Origin: Candidatus Acidiferrales bacterium
Lineage (GTDB): Bacteria; Acidobacteriota; Terriglobia; Bryobacterales; Bryobacteraceae
Assembly: GCA_035499435.1 (NCBI GenBank)
Contig: DATJYW010000041.1
Span: 4,175-68,174 of the forward strand
DNA length: 64,000 bases
Direction: 5' to 3'
Part shown: one piece after another, positions 7,223-18,200 of the stretch
Position numbering within the stretch: the stretch's first letter is position 1
Layout of the letters: every line of letters starts with the position of its first letter
Position numbers and translations under genes: made by a program
Notes under the pieces: model-generated
What the model was told of the DNA's origin: nothing
Seen by the model: only the letters and a program-made list of their open reading frames with translations
Database searches by the model: none

Positions 7223-10156
7223 CTAATTCCCCGCCGCCTTCACCGTCACCGTCACCGGGTCGGAATCCTGCGCCGTCGCCAGCGATCGCACTTCCACCAC
7301 CTGCGTGCCCGGCGCCAGGGTGTCCGGAATCTGCGCCTGGATCTGGCCCGACGAAGTGACCAGCAGCGGTACCGCAATGTCTCCGAACGTCACGCACGAA
7401 CCGCCCAGCACCGTAGGCGGCGGAATCGTGTCCGCCGTCGCCGAACCCGCCAGATTCGTCCCCGTAATCGTAATGAACGAGCCCGGACCGAACTTCGTCG
7501 TGCCGTCCGCGGAGTTCACAATCCCGCCCGCTGTCGCGATTGCCGGCCGCGTGTCGTTTCCGCTCGGCGCTAGGCTCACCACGCTCAGACCGCTCAGCGT
7601 GATCATGTACGCCGTAGTTCCCGCCGAATCCACCACCATCTGCCGCGGGACGGTGTTGAATCGCGTCGTGCCGAAAACGTTCACCACCGGGTTCTCTGGC
7701 ACCACGCCCGCCAACTGGACTTCGCCGGTATTGATGTTCACAATCTCCAGCGTGGTGCGCGAATCGTCGCGCGTCACCGTGGTGATGCTCTGCCTCACCG
7801 GCGTGGTCAGCCACAAAAACCGCTTCGCGTCCAGCGGCGCGGCAGTCGCGATGTTGCGATTACCCGTGTTGATCACCGTGACCGTCGGAGGTGCGAACCC
7901 CGGTCCGCCTCCGGTTGGCGGCGTGATCGTCGTCGCGCCCGGACTCGCCGACCCGCCCAGCGTGGTCAGGGACGGGTTCACGATCAGCCCGTTCACCAGG
8001 AAGTACGAATTCGAAGGCCCCGCGCCCAGCACGCCGTAATAACCCTGGATCGGCGCCGGAATCAGCAGCCGGCTGGTCACGAAGGTATCCGCGGTGCCGT
8101 CGTAGACGTATGCCGTTCCGCTGCCGTTCATCACGATGATGAAGTTGTGGTCCGGCGTGCCGATCATGCCGCAATTCGGGCACCCGGTCAGCGCGGCCGT
8201 GTACACCGAATCCAGCGGGCGCGGAAGAGCCTGGCCGCTCACCACCTTCCACAAGGACCCGTTGGACATCATGAACTGCAGCCCGAAATTGCCCATCGCC
8301 AGCGACCGCGGATAGATCGGGTTCGCCGTGCCGTTGCGCTGCACCGCCGGAAACGCCACGCCGTTCACCACCTGCTGCATATCCAAGTCCACGATGCTGA
8401 TCGACTCGCCGCCCGTGTTGCCTACGTAGAGTGATTTGCCGTCGGCACCCATGGCCATCTGGTGCGGCATCTGTCCTACCGGAATCGGATTCACGAAGTG
8501 CTGCTTCTGAATGTCGAACACTTCGATCCGGTTGTATCCCGAGTTGGTGATGTACACCTTGCCGCGCGCTTCATCCAGCAGAATGTCCTGCAGGCCTTCG
8601 TTGCCCGCCGTGTTGCCCGTCGTCCCGCCAGGATTGTTGTTCAAAGTGGCCGGCACTGGGTAGATCACGCCCCGCTGGTCGTTCTGCCGGTAGTTCATGT
8701 ACACCCGGATCGTATTTGGAATGTTGATGGCCTCGGGCGAGGAAAGCGTCAGGTTCACCGGCGTGCCGCTCTGCGTTCCGGCGCCGGTCCAGATGTTGGT
8801 TCCCGGCTGCCGCACCAGCCCGTTGCGCCCCGGGTCCATGGTGAACGTGATCGACGACGGCGCCAGCCCGCTCGATTGCTGATAGATCAGCGCCGAGCCC
8901 GGATTCGTCGCAACCGTGTAAGTGAGTTTCCCCTTGCCCAGGTTGTTGATCTGCAGCGTACCGGTCGCCACGCCGCGATTGCAGTCGTCCATCGCCAGGA
9001 ACACCTGCGTGGTCGCCGGCATGATGATCGGGTAATCGTACAAATGCCCGATCGGCATGTGGATCATCCCGGAGTCGCTCAATCCCCACGCGTCCATACC
9101 GTCCGAGGTCATCACGATCTTCGCCACGATGCTCTCAGGCAGCCGGATACCCAGCCGGATTCCCAGGCTCGTCGGATCGTTCACCATCAGGGTCGACGAG
9201 TTCGATGGCGACGGTGGATTGGTGGTGGCCGCGGTATTGAACGCGCTGTAAAGCGTGCCGCCGTCCGGTGTGAAAATGCTGCCGCCGATGTTGGCCAGCG
9301 TGTTCACCGCGGCGGCCGTCGTGAACGGCGCGTTGGCGTTGTTCTGCTGCGCGATCACCGCCAGGGTCGACATGTCGTACAAGGTAAAGCCCGCCATGAA
9401 CTTCGATCCGTCCGGCGACATCGAAATCACCGAGCTCTGCCCCGAGGTAGTCCGGTTGCGCAGGATCACGCCCGACGCCACCTCGTAGACGAAGATATAT
9501 GTGTTCGAATTCGTTGGTGTCGTCACGCCCACGATAAACGATCCGTCCGGCGTCCGCATCAGCTTGCCGGTGAACGTGGTAGTCGGCCGTGTCGTGCCCT
9601 GCGCCGGCGCGGGAGTCAGGGTGGTCGTGAGCGCCGGCACCGTGACCGCGATCAACTGCTGCCCCGCCACCTGCGTGCGATCGAAAACCGACAGCGTGCC
9701 CTGGGGCACTCCGTTCACTACGCCGCTGCCTACCATGCTCACCAGCGCGCGCCCGTCCGCGCCCACTTCCACGCCCTGCGGCGCCGAAGGCAACTGCACC
9801 GTCTGCGCCACGCGGTTCTGTGAAAGATCGATCACGTTCAGCGAGCTGCTCCCGTTGCACGTCACGTACAGCCACGCCCCGTCCATGGAGATGGCGGCCG
9901 CCAGCGGCGTTTTCCCGGTCCCGATGCTTCCCACCACCTGGTTCGCCGTGTAATCGAAAATCACCACCTGGTTGGTTTTGTTGTTGACCAGATAGAGCAC
10001 GTGCCGCAGCTCATCCAGCACGATGTCACTTGGTGTGCCGCCCTGCAGCGTGATGACATTTCCGAACGTCGCCCCGATCGCCGTTTGCGCGCGTGCCGGC
10101 TCCTGCCATGCGGCCACCGCCACCAGTCCCGCCAATAACACACACTTATAGTTCAA
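7223..10156 (-). CDS. Large secreted YVTN-type beta-propeller repeat protein with C-terminal IPT/TIGR03437-like domain
   Basis: Start moved to TTG 10156 (GGAAGGA 6 nt upstream), giving the signal LNYKCVLLAGLVAVAAWQEPARAQ. Repeated YVTN-like strands: LYLVNNKTNQVVIFD, LYVTCNGSSSLNVIDL, VYITNSGYNRIEVFDI, LYVGNTGGESISIVDL. The C-terminus is PGSFITITGTNLAG...LGGSCVTFGDIAVPLLVTSSGQIQAQIP. Confidence 0.75.
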   Translation of the reverse strand: MNYKCVLLAGLVAVAAWQEPARAQTAIGATFGNVITLQGGTPSDIVLDELRHVLYLVNNKTNQVVIFDYTANQVVGSIGTGKTPLAAAISMDGAWLYVTCNGSSSLNVIDLSQNRVAQTVQLPSAPQGVEVGADGRALVSMVGSGVVNGVPQGTLSVFDRTQVAGQQLIAVTVPALTTTLTPAPAQGTTRPTTTFTGKLMRTPDGSFIVGVTTPTNSNTYIFVYEVASGVILRNRTTSGQSSVISMSPDGSKFMAGFTLYDMSTLAVIAQQNNANAPFTTAAAVNTLANIGGSIFTPDGGTLYSAFNTAATTNPPSPSNSSTLMVNDPTSLGIRLGIRLPESIVAKIVMTSDGMDAWGLSDSGMIHMPIGHLYDYPIIMPATTQVFLAMDDCNRGVATGTLQINNLGKGKLTYTVATNPGSALIYQQSSGLAPSSITFTMDPGRNGLVRQPGTNIWTGAGTQSGTPVNLTLSSPEAINIPNTIRVYMNYRQNDQRGVIYPVPATLNNNPGGTTGNTAGNEGLQDILLDEARGKVYITNSGYNRIEVFDIQKQHFVNPIPVGQMPHQMAMGADGKSLYVGNTGGESISIVDLDMQQVVNGVAFPAVQRNGTANPIYPRSLAMGNFGLQFMMSNGSLWKVVSGQALPRPLDSVYTAALTGCPNCGMIGTPDHNFIIVMNGSGTAYVYDGTADTFVTSRLLIPAPIQGYYGVLGAGPSNSYFLVNGLIVNPSLTTLGGSASPGATTITPPTGGGPGFAPPTVTVINTGNRNIATAAPLDAKRFLWLTTPVRQSITTVTRDDSRTTLEIVNINTGEVQLAGVVPENPVVNVFGTTRFNTVPRQMVVDSAGTTAYMITLSGLSVVSLAPSGNDTRPAIATAGGIVNSADGTTKFGPGSFITITGTNLAGSATADTIPPPTVLGGSCVTFGDIAVPLLVTSSGQIQAQIPDTLAPGTQVVEVRSLATAQDSDPVTVTVKAAGN

Positions 10157-10308
10157 GGCAAATCCTTCCCGGAGACGCGGCAGATCAATCCTTAGTGTAA
10201 TCCAACCCAATTTCCCGAGCGAAGTTGCTTCTTCAGCGTGTTCTCGGCGTCTCCGTCTCGGCGGTGAACCGCAACATCCCGCCCGCACTCGTGTTATATT
10301 CAACAAAA

Positions 10309-10665
10309 TTGAAAGTACAGGTGCGGAACCAGACCCGGAGTGTCCTTCTGGGCGGATCCATTGATATTGCGGATTCCAGCTCCAAACGCCGCACGGGCCT
10401 GTTGAAGCACGACCGGCTGGAGCCCGGCCAGGGCCTGTGGATCGTACCGTGTGAGTCGGTCCATACCTTCTTCATGAAGTTCCCGATCGATCTCGTCTAT
10501 CTCGATCGAAAACGGAAGGTTCGGAAGGTGAGGAAGGCTGTCCCGGCGTGGCGCCTTTCCGCGTGCCTGACTGCGCATTCGATCCTGGAACTGCCCGCCG
10601 GAACTGTCGAAAAAACGGGCACCCAGGTTGGAGATGTTCTGGAGATCGAGAAGCTGACGGAATGA
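10309..10665 (+). CDS. DUF192 (COG1430) domain protein
   Basis: KVQVRNQTRSVLLGGSIDIADSSSKRRTGLLKHDRLEPGQGLWIVPCESVHTFFMKFPIDLVYLD...HSILELPAGTVEKTGTQVGDVLEI follows the DUF192 pattern. The start is uncertain; in-frame TTG 10309 was chosen. The stop overlaps the next start as ATGA. Confidence 0.6.
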   Translation: MKVQVRNQTRSVLLGGSIDIADSSSKRRTGLLKHDRLEPGQGLWIVPCESVHTFFMKFPIDLVYLDRKRKVRKVRKAVPAWRLSACLTAHSILELPAGTVEKTGTQVGDVLEIEKLTE

Positions 10666-11648
10666 AGGGCTCGCCAATCGTCCTCGCATTTGCCGCACTC
10701 GCGGCTTCCTGCACGCACACGCAGGTGGTCAAAACTGCCGCCGCCCCTGCCCCCAAACCCACCACCGTCTGGGATCGCCAGGTGCACAACGCCATCGATG
10801 CCGGCGATGGCGACCTCCAGTTCCGTCAACTTCGCGAAAAAGTCGCCGCCGAGCCCGACAACATCCAGGCCCGCGTCGATCTTTCCCGTGCCTACCGCGA
10901 GCGTGGGTATCACGAAGTCGCCCTTGAAATCAGCCGCCTGGCCGTCGCCCGTTTCCCGGACTCCGGCCCGGCCCAGCTTTCCCTCGTGCGCGACCTCCGC
11001 GAGGTCAATCGTCGCGCGGAAGCCATCGGCAGCCTGGAAGCCTTCCTCAAATCCCATCCGCAAAATAGCGCCGAGTACTACTCCTGGCTTGGTATTTTGC
11101 GCGATGAATCGGGACTTTGGCCCCTGGGAGAACCTGCCCACCGCAAAGCCATCGAACTGGCTCCCACCGCCGACTTTCTCCACAACAACCTCGGTTACAA
11201 CCTGTTGATGCAAAAGAAAAATGAGGAGGCCGCCGCGGAATTTCGTGAAGCCCTTCGCCTGAATCCGTCATCCGATCTGGCGCGTAACAATCTCGGGCTG
11301 GCGCTCGCCAATTCCAATGCAGCCAGCCAGGCGGTGGCGAATTGGCAATCTACGTCGGATGCCGCTTCCGCCCATAACAACCTGGCCGTGGTGTGGATCG
11401 AAAAAGGGAACTTTGCCGAGGCCCGAAAAGAACTGGAAGTGGCCTTGAGCCTGGACAAGAATAACGCGGCCGCGTTGAAGAACGTCGAATTGGTGAGTCG
11501 CCTCGCCGCGACGCCGGTGACTTTAGCCCTTCCGTCCACGCCGGACGAGACGCGCTGGGAACGCTGGAAGTCCTCGATGAAGCGGCTGTTCGTGGGGCCG
11601 CTGGACGAACCGCGGAAAGACGTTGCCAAAACGGCCTCCGCGCAATAA
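10662..11648 (+). CDS. TPR-repeat lipoprotein, TadD-like
   Basis: ATG 10662 (ATGA overlap with the DUF192 stop). Lipobox signal MKGSPIVLAFAALAASC. Several TPR units follow (AEYYSWLGILRDESG, FLHNNLGYNLLMQKKNEEAAAEFREALRLNP, ARNNLGLALANS, AHNNLAVVWIEKGNFAEARKELEVALSLD). It lies immediately upstream of an Flp pilin gene. Confidence 0.7.
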   Translation: MKGSPIVLAFAALAASCTHTQVVKTAAAPAPKPTTVWDRQVHNAIDAGDGDLQFRQLREKVAAEPDNIQARVDLSRAYRERGYHEVALEISRLAVARFPDSGPAQLSLVRDLREVNRRAEAIGSLEAFLKSHPQNSAEYYSWLGILRDESGLWPLGEPAHRKAIELAPTADFLHNNLGYNLLMQKKNEEAAAEFREALRLNPSSDLARNNLGLALANSNAASQAVANWQSTSDAASAHNNLAVVWIEKGNFAEARKELEVALSLDKNNAAALKNVELVSRLAATPVTLALPSTPDETRWERWKSSMKRLFVGPLDEPRKDVAKTASAQ

Positions 11649-11663
11649 CCTGGAAGGAACTCT

Positions 11664-11849
11664 ATGAAAGCATTTCTCTTGAATCTGCTGCGCGATGAAC
11701 AGGGACAAGACCTCGTCGAGTACGCCTTGATTGTGGCTGCCGTCGGCCTCGCCCTGATCACGACCGTAAATCAGCTCTCGCAGGGCATCGTGAGCCTTTA
11801 CCAGAGCATCACCGGCGACCTGTCGAGTATCGGCGCTACCGGCCAGTAG
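11664..11849 (+). CDS. flp: Flp/Fap family type IVb pilin
   Basis: 61 aa. MKAFLLNLLRDEQGQDLVEYALIVAAVGLALITTV contains the Flp motif G/xxxxEY followed by a hydrophobic helix. Confidence 0.85.
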   Translation: MKAFLLNLLRDEQGQDLVEYALIVAAVGLALITTVNQLSQGIVSLYQSITGDLSSIGATGQ

Positions 11850-11862
11850 ATCGCGCGGCCGG

Positions 11863-13248
11863 ATGTCCACGCCGGAAGTGCGACTACGCTGGTGGGTGCC
11901 GGACCTGGCCATGGTCGCCGCCTGCGTCACGCTTTTCTACTGCGTCTTCCTCTTCCAGGGTTACCAGAAGCTCTTTCGCGATTCCGACGCCGGATGGCAC
12001 ATCCGCAACGGCGAAGCTATTCTTGCCACCGGCACACTCCCAAGCACCGATCCTTATTCCTTCACCCGCTCCGGCCGGCCCTGGTTCGCCTGGGAATGGC
12101 TCTCCGACGTCGCAGTCGGCGCCCTTCATCGCGCCGGCGGATTGAACGCGGTCGCGCTCTTCTACTCCGCGGCGATTGCCTTCAGTGTCTGGCTCTGGTT
12201 CCGTCTGCACTGGGCGCTCGGCGGCAATTTCCTGATTGCGTGCGCCATGGCGCCGCTCCTCCTTTCCACCTGCAACATTCACTGGCTGGCGCGCCCCCAC
12301 ATACTCGGCTGGCTTTTTCTCCTCTGGGCGATGTTCCCTGCCGGGCTCGCCTCAACCGCCGCCGTGACGGTTCTCTGGGCGAACGTCCACCCCAGCTTCT
12401 ATCTTGGGATTCTCGGTAGGTTAGGCCTCCGGCCTGCCCTGCTGACCAGGCACGCGGCGGTGATCCTGGCTCTTGGCGTCCTCAACCCCTACGGCCCCGC
12501 CCTCTACACCCACCTCTACCGCTACCTCACCGACTCCGCCCTCCTCGCCCGCATCGGCGAATTCCAGTCCTTCGACTTTCATGCCGAAGGCGCCGGCCAG
12601 ATCATCGCCACCGTCATCCTCGGAATGATTGGCGGCGCCCTCGCCTTCACCCGGAAGCGCTATCACCACTTCGTCATCGCCATCGTCATCACTGCCCTGG
12701 CCCTGCGCTCGGCTCGCGCCCTGCCCTTGTGCGCGCTCGTTCTGCTCCCCATCGCCAATGCCGCCATCGCCCCCTATTGCGGCAAATCGTTCAATCGGTA
12801 CGCCGCCAACCTGCGCGCGCTCGATGACCGCTGCCGCGGCCTTTGGCTCGCACCCGTCGCGCTCGCGGCGGTGTGGTTCCTGATGCCCAAAGCCGGATTC
12901 CCGCCCGACCAGTTCCCGGTCGCCGCCTACGAGCACATCCCCGCCGGTGCCCGCCTTTTCGCTCCCGACAAATACGGCGGCTATCTCATTTATCGCTCCA
13001 ACGGCACAATGAAAGTCTTCTTCGACGGCCGCAGCGACCTGTACGGCGCCGCGTTTCTCGAGCAATACGCACGACTCACTCAGGTGCGCCCCGGCTGGCA
13101 GGAGATCTGGAACTCTTACCACTTCACGCATGCACTGCTGCCAAACGATTACTCACTGGTGCCTGCACTCGAGCAGCTCGGCTGGCACGTGATTTACCTG
13201 GATCGCACCGCCACGCTATTGGAAAAACCAATGTCCGCCGCTGACTAA
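11863..13248 (+). CDS. Polytopic membrane protein, possible GT-C-fold glycosyltransferase
   Basis: 461 aa with many hydrophobic helices. The first loop FRDSDAGWHIRNGEAIL has an acidic DxD-type motif like GT-C enzymes. It starts 14 nt downstream of flp. Confidence 0.5.
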   Translation: MSTPEVRLRWWVPDLAMVAACVTLFYCVFLFQGYQKLFRDSDAGWHIRNGEAILATGTLPSTDPYSFTRSGRPWFAWEWLSDVAVGALHRAGGLNAVALFYSAAIAFSVWLWFRLHWALGGNFLIACAMAPLLLSTCNIHWLARPHILGWLFLLWAMFPAGLASTAAVTVLWANVHPSFYLGILGRLGLRPALLTRHAAVILALGVLNPYGPALYTHLYRYLTDSALLARIGEFQSFDFHAEGAGQIIATVILGMIGGALAFTRKRYHHFVIAIVITALALRSARALPLCALVLLPIANAAIAPYCGKSFNRYAANLRALDDRCRGLWLAPVALAAVWFLMPKAGFPPDQFPVAAYEHIPAGARLFAPDKYGGYLIYRSNGTMKVFFDGRSDLYGAAFLEQYARLTQVRPGWQEIWNSYHFTHALLPNDYSLVPALEQLGWHVIYLDRTATLLEKPMSAAD

Positions 13249-13264
13249 CGCGGCCATCTGCACG

Positions 13265-14692
13265 TCATGCCTCAGCTACATAAGGACGAACCATTTTCGC
13301 CGGATCGACAAGCCGGTCGAATTCCTCTGCTGTCACAAAGCCGAGCTTCAGCGCGGCCTGCTTGAGCGTGAGGTCGTGATCCAGTGCGTAGTGCGCGATC
13401 TGGGAGGCTCGATCATACCCTATAACCGGTGAAAGCGCGGTGACCAGCATGAGCGACTGATCCACGTACTCCTGAATCTTCTTCAGATTCGGTCTCGCGC
13501 CTTCTACCAGGAACTTGCGAAAGTTGACACAACCATCCGACAGGATCGTTATCGACTGCGCAATGTTGAAGATCATAAGCGGCTTGTAGACGTTCATTTC
13601 GAGGTAGCCGCCCGCCCCGCCGAAACCGACCGCGATGTCGTTCGCCATCACCTGGACCGAAATCATCGTCAGCGCCTCGGCCTGCGTGGGATTCACCTTG
13701 CCCGGCATGATCGAAGAGCCGGGCTCGTTCTCCGGAATCGTCAGCTCGGCGAACCCTGCCCGCGGCCCGCAGGACATGAGCCGGATATCGTTGGCGATCT
13801 TGTACAGCGACACCGCCAGGGTGCGCATGGCGCCGGAGAGCTGAACCAGCGCGTCGTGTGCGCCCTGCACGGTGAACTTGTTCGGCGCGCTCACGAAGGG
13901 TAGGCCGGTCAACTTGGCGATTTCGGCTGCCGCCTCCTCGCCGAAGCCAGGCGTGGCGTTAATCCCGGTTCCGACCGCCGTTCCGCCCAGGGCCAGTCGG
14001 TACACCCCTTTGAGCGCGTCCTCGATCCGCTCGAGATTGTCGCTCAGCATCCCCGCGTACCCCGACCATTCCTGGCCGAGCGTCAATGGTGTCGCATCCT
14101 GCATGTGTGTGCGGCCGATCTTGACGATGTCCCGCCACTCCTCCGCCTTTCGAGCGATCGCATCGCGCAGCGCCGTCACCGCCGGCACCAGGCGCCGGTT
14201 CACATTCACGGCGGCCGCGATATTCATCGCGGTCGGGAATGAGTCGTTCGACGATTGCGACATGTTGACGTGATCGTTGGGATGAACAGGCTTCTTGCTG
14301 CCCAGAAGCGTCCCGGCGATCTGGCAGCAGCGGTTGGAAACCACTTCGTTCACGTTCATGTTGAACTGCGTGCCGCTGCCGGTCATCCATACATGGAGTG
14401 GAAACATGTCGTGATGCTGGCCGGCCACAATCTCATCGCAGGCCTGAACAATGAGCCGGTACTGCTCGCCGTGCAGCCGCCCGCCGTTGTGGTTTGCGTT
14501 GGCGGCAGCCTTCTTGAGAACCGCGTACGCCGTGATCATCTCGCGGGGGATCAGATCGTGGCCGATGCTGAAGTGTTCCAGCGAGCGCTGGGTTTGCGCG
14601 CCCCATAGCTTGTCGGCGGGCACTTCCACTTCGCCCAGGCTGTCCTTTTCTTTGCGAACTCCCGCAAAAGGTGTGTCGGTACTTACATTCAT
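13265..14692 (-). CDS. fumC: Class II fumarate hydratase
   Basis: Signature [18 protein letters not shown]-terminus [26 protein letters not shown]. Start set at ATG 14692 (GGAAGAAGGA upstream) rather than GTG 14713. Confidence 0.9.
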   Translation of the reverse strand: MNVSTDTPFAGVRKEKDSLGEVEVPADKLWGAQTQRSLEHFSIGHDLIPREMITAYAVLKKAAANANHNGGRLHGEQYRLIVQACDEIVAGQHHDMFPLHVWMTGSGTQFNMNVNEVVSNRCCQIAGTLLGSKKPVHPNDHVNMSQSSNDSFPTAMNIAAAVNVNRRLVPAVTALRDAIARKAEEWRDIVKIGRTHMQDATPLTLGQEWSGYAGMLSDNLERIEDALKGVYRLALGGTAVGTGINATPGFGEEAAAEIAKLTGLPFVSAPNKFTVQGAHDALVQLSGAMRTLAVSLYKIANDIRLMSCGPRAGFAELTIPENEPGSSIMPGKVNPTQAEALTMISVQVMANDIAVGFGGAGGYLEMNVYKPLMIFNIAQSITILSDGCVNFRKFLVEGARPNLKKIQEYVDQSLMLVTALSPVIGYDRASQIAHYALDHDLTLKQAALKLGFVTAEEFDRLVDPAKMVRPYVAEA

Positions 14693-14835
14693 GGGCGTTC
14701 CTTCTTCCTTCACGCCGACTGGTTCTCAAGCATTCGATATGCCACGTCTTCCCGCGTAGTAATTCAGTGTCGTGCCCGCGTGTGTCCGCACCGAAGGGCT
14801 GGCGAACCGGTGGTACGCTCAGGTGAGGCCGCCGG

Positions 14836-15234
14836 ATGGGACGAAGCGATTGGCAAGGGTATGCGCGCTCGGTTCTGCGGATAGTCGTCGGACTGCTGTT
14901 TTCGCAACACGGCTTCCAGAAGTTATTCGGTTTGTTCGGCGGCATCGGTGGCCACGGCGCCGCCGCGCACATCTGGTCGGAATTGTGGGTCGCAGGGATT
15001 CTGGAGACTGTCGGCGGCCTGCTCGTGACGGCTGGCTTGTTCACCCGGCCGGTTGCCTTTCTCCTCTGCGGCGAGATGGCGGTCGCCTACTTCCGCCAGC
15101 ATTTTCCTCGCGGCTTCTGGCCGATTCGAAATGGCGGCGAACTCGCCGTCTTGTACTGTTTCATTTACCTCTACCTTGTCGCCGCCGGACCAGGCCCGCT
15201 GAGCCTCGATCGGGCAGTGAGGCGCAAACCATAG
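14836..15234 (+). CDS. DoxX family membrane protein
   Basis: 132 aa. RIVVGLLFSQHGFQKLFGLFGG...GILETVGGLLVTAGLFTRPVAFLLCGEMAVAYF is typical of DoxX. Confidence 0.8.
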   Translation: MGRSDWQGYARSVLRIVVGLLFSQHGFQKLFGLFGGIGGHGAAAHIWSELWVAGILETVGGLLVTAGLFTRPVAFLLCGEMAVAYFRQHFPRGFWPIRNGGELAVLYCFIYLYLVAAGPGPLSLDRAVRRKP

Positions 15235-15265
15235 GCGCCCGCTTCATCCGCCAGAGCGCCCGCCT

Positions 15266-18200
15266 TCACTGGCCCGCGGTCTTGTGGTAGTTCGGAAACG
15301 CCGGACGGCGGAGTTTCGGCGGCGGATTCTTCTTCAGTTCTTCGAGCACCGTCTGCACCGCCTTCTCGAGCTGCGGATCGTGCCCCTGTCGAACCAGCGC
15401 CGGGTCCTGCTCCACTTCGATATCCGGTGCCACGCCGATATTCTCCACCTCCCACTCGCCCGTCAGCGGATTGTAGATGCCGGAGCTCGGCGCGCCCACA
15501 AAGCCGCCATCCATAAGCTGCGGTCCTCCGGCCATTCCGACCAGCCCGCCCCACGTGCGCGTTCCGATCAGCTTGCCTACCCCCGCCCGCTTGAAATACC
15601 ACGGCATGGCGTCGCCGCCCGAGCCCGCTCGCTCGTTGATGATCATCACCTTCGGCCCGAAGATGCCTTGCGGTTGGATCAGAGGCTCCCCTACCCGGTT
15701 TGAGGCCGCGCTGAGCGGCTTTCGGTTGAGAATCTCCGCAATGTCCGTCGCCAGCAGGCCGCCGGCATTGAAACGCTCGTCTATGATCGCGGCGTCCTTG
15801 CCGAGTTGTGCGTAGAAGTAGCGGGTGAATGCGTCCAGTCCGCCGTTGGCCGTATCCGGCATGTAGACGTAAGCCACTCTCCCGCCGCTCATCTTGTCCA
15901 CCTTGCGGCGGTTCTCCTCGATCCACGCCAAGTTGCGCAGACGGCCCTCATTCGCTACCGGGATCACCGTGACCTCGCGCGACCCCGTGCCGCTCGCATC
16001 CGGCCCGACCCGGAGCACCACGGATTTCTCGGCGAGCCCTTCGAAGAAGCTATAGACATTCTCCGGTGGGCGCACCTCGCGGCCGTTCACGGCGAGCAGG
16101 TACTCGCCCGCCTTTACGTTGACCCCCGGCTGCGTCAATGGCGCCCGGAGCTGCGGGTTCCAATTCTCACCGCTGTACACGCGCGAGAAGCGGTATCTGC
16201 CGTTGGCGACCTCATAGTCGGCGCCCAGCAATCCGGTTTGCACCCGCTTCACCTCCGGCAGGTCGCCGCCCCCGGTTCCCATGTGGCTGACCGTGATGTT
16301 GCCCAACATCTCCTGGAACAGATACGTCAGGTCGCTTCGGGCGGCGACGTTGCGCAGGTAAGGTTCGTATTGTTTCTCCGCCGCTTTCAGGTCGAGCCCA
16401 TGCATGTTGCGGTCGTAGAACCAGTCGCGTTCCACTCGCCAGGCTTCACGGTACATCTGCTTCCATTCCGCGACCGGATCCACCCTGATTTCGATACCGT
16501 TCGTCTTGAGCGCTCCCTGGGCGGCGCCGCCGGCCGGAGGAGTCGGCGCCGCGGGAGTGGGTCCGCCGGGGCCTCCCGCCATGGGTCGCAGCGCGGCGAT
16601 GATCCAGTTCTCTCCCTGGCGGTAGAGTGCCTTCTCGCCTCCCGACGACATTTGGAAACTGCTGACTCCCGCCAGGGGCACGTCGCTCTTGCGAGATTTT
16701 AGATCGTAACGGTGGATGGTCAGGCCGGTCGGCGGACCAGACAGGGCATCCAGCACCGTCCCGGGCGCCTCGATGGCCAACAGCGTTCCAGGCTTGCCCG
16801 CCTGAAGCGCCACGTAGCGCCGCGGCGGCAGAGGCATGGATAGAATGCGCTGATCGATCCCGTCCAGGTCGATCTTCACGTCGGCAGCCGCCGCTTTTGG
16901 CCTGCTTGCGTCGGCCGGCTTCTTCTCATCCGGCGCCTTTTTGTCGTCGGCCGCCTTGGTGTCGTCCGCCGGCTTCTTCTCATCGGCGCCCTTCTTGTCC
17001 TCCCCCGCCTTCTCCTCGTCGCTTTCGGGCGCGAACGGTGAGGGCTGCGTCTTGTCCAGAACGGCAAGATAGACGGAGCTTGTAGAAGTCTTGCCGGCCG
17101 CGTGGATGTCCAGGCCCAGCGTCTCCCCGGAATTCGTGCTCGCCGTGAAATACAGATACTTGCCCTCCCGGTCGAACACCGGATTCAGGGCGTCGCTCAT
17201 CCCGTCGGTTATCTGTGTGGATTTGCCGGCCGCCAGCGAATACAGGTGAATCGCGCTGAATTCGTTCGGCAGCACCTTGGAATACGCCAGCCACTTGCTG
17301 TCGGGAGACCATGCGCCGGCGATGTCGCCGTTGCGCATCTGATATGTATCCTGGGCCACTTCCGTCTGCTTCTTCGTCTCTAAATCGACGTACCAGAGCT
17401 TCTGGAAACTGTCCACCAGTGCGACCCGCTTGCTATCCGGCGAGAAGTGGAGGCGGCTGTAGAATCCGGGCGTCAGCGCGATCTTCGCCGCCTCGCCGGC
17501 GCCGCTTTGCGGGTGGATGTGCAGCGCGTACTCACCCGACTCGTCCGAGAGGTAGGCGATACTCTTGCCGTCCGGCGACCACTGCGGATCACGCTCCATA
17601 ACGCCCGGCGTGTTCGTCACATTGCGGGGATCGCCCTTTTCCGCGGGCACCGTGATGATTTCCCCTCGCGCGGCGAATACCGCGCGCGCGCCGTTCGGCG
17701 AGATCGCCGGCGAACCGAGGCGCCGCCCCACATCGACAAGTTTCGTGCGCAACTCCGGGAAATCGGCTTGCACGCGAATCGCAACGGCCTTCGTCTTCCC
17801 GGACTTCAGATCGTAAATGGAGACCCCTCCGAATTGCTCGTAGACGATGGCATCCGGCCCCAGAGAGGCGGACTTCAGGTCCAGCCCGCGGGCGGGAATC
17901 GCCTCTTTCACGGCCTTGGTCTTGGTGTCATACCAAAACAGAGTCGCCGGCCCATTACGGTCGGACAGGAAGTAAACGCGATCTCCCGCCCACATGGGAT
18001 TGAAGTCGTTGGAATTCTCGCGAGGCACTTTGCTGACGCTGCTGTCGGAAAGGCGCGCCAGCCAGATGCGCGTCGTCGTGCCGCCGCGATACTTCTTCCA
18101 CATCGTGAACGCCCTGCCGATCGGCTCGTACGCGATCGATTGCCCGTCCGGCGACATCGACGCCTCGTAACCGGTGGGAAATGGCAGCTTTTCTTCCGCA

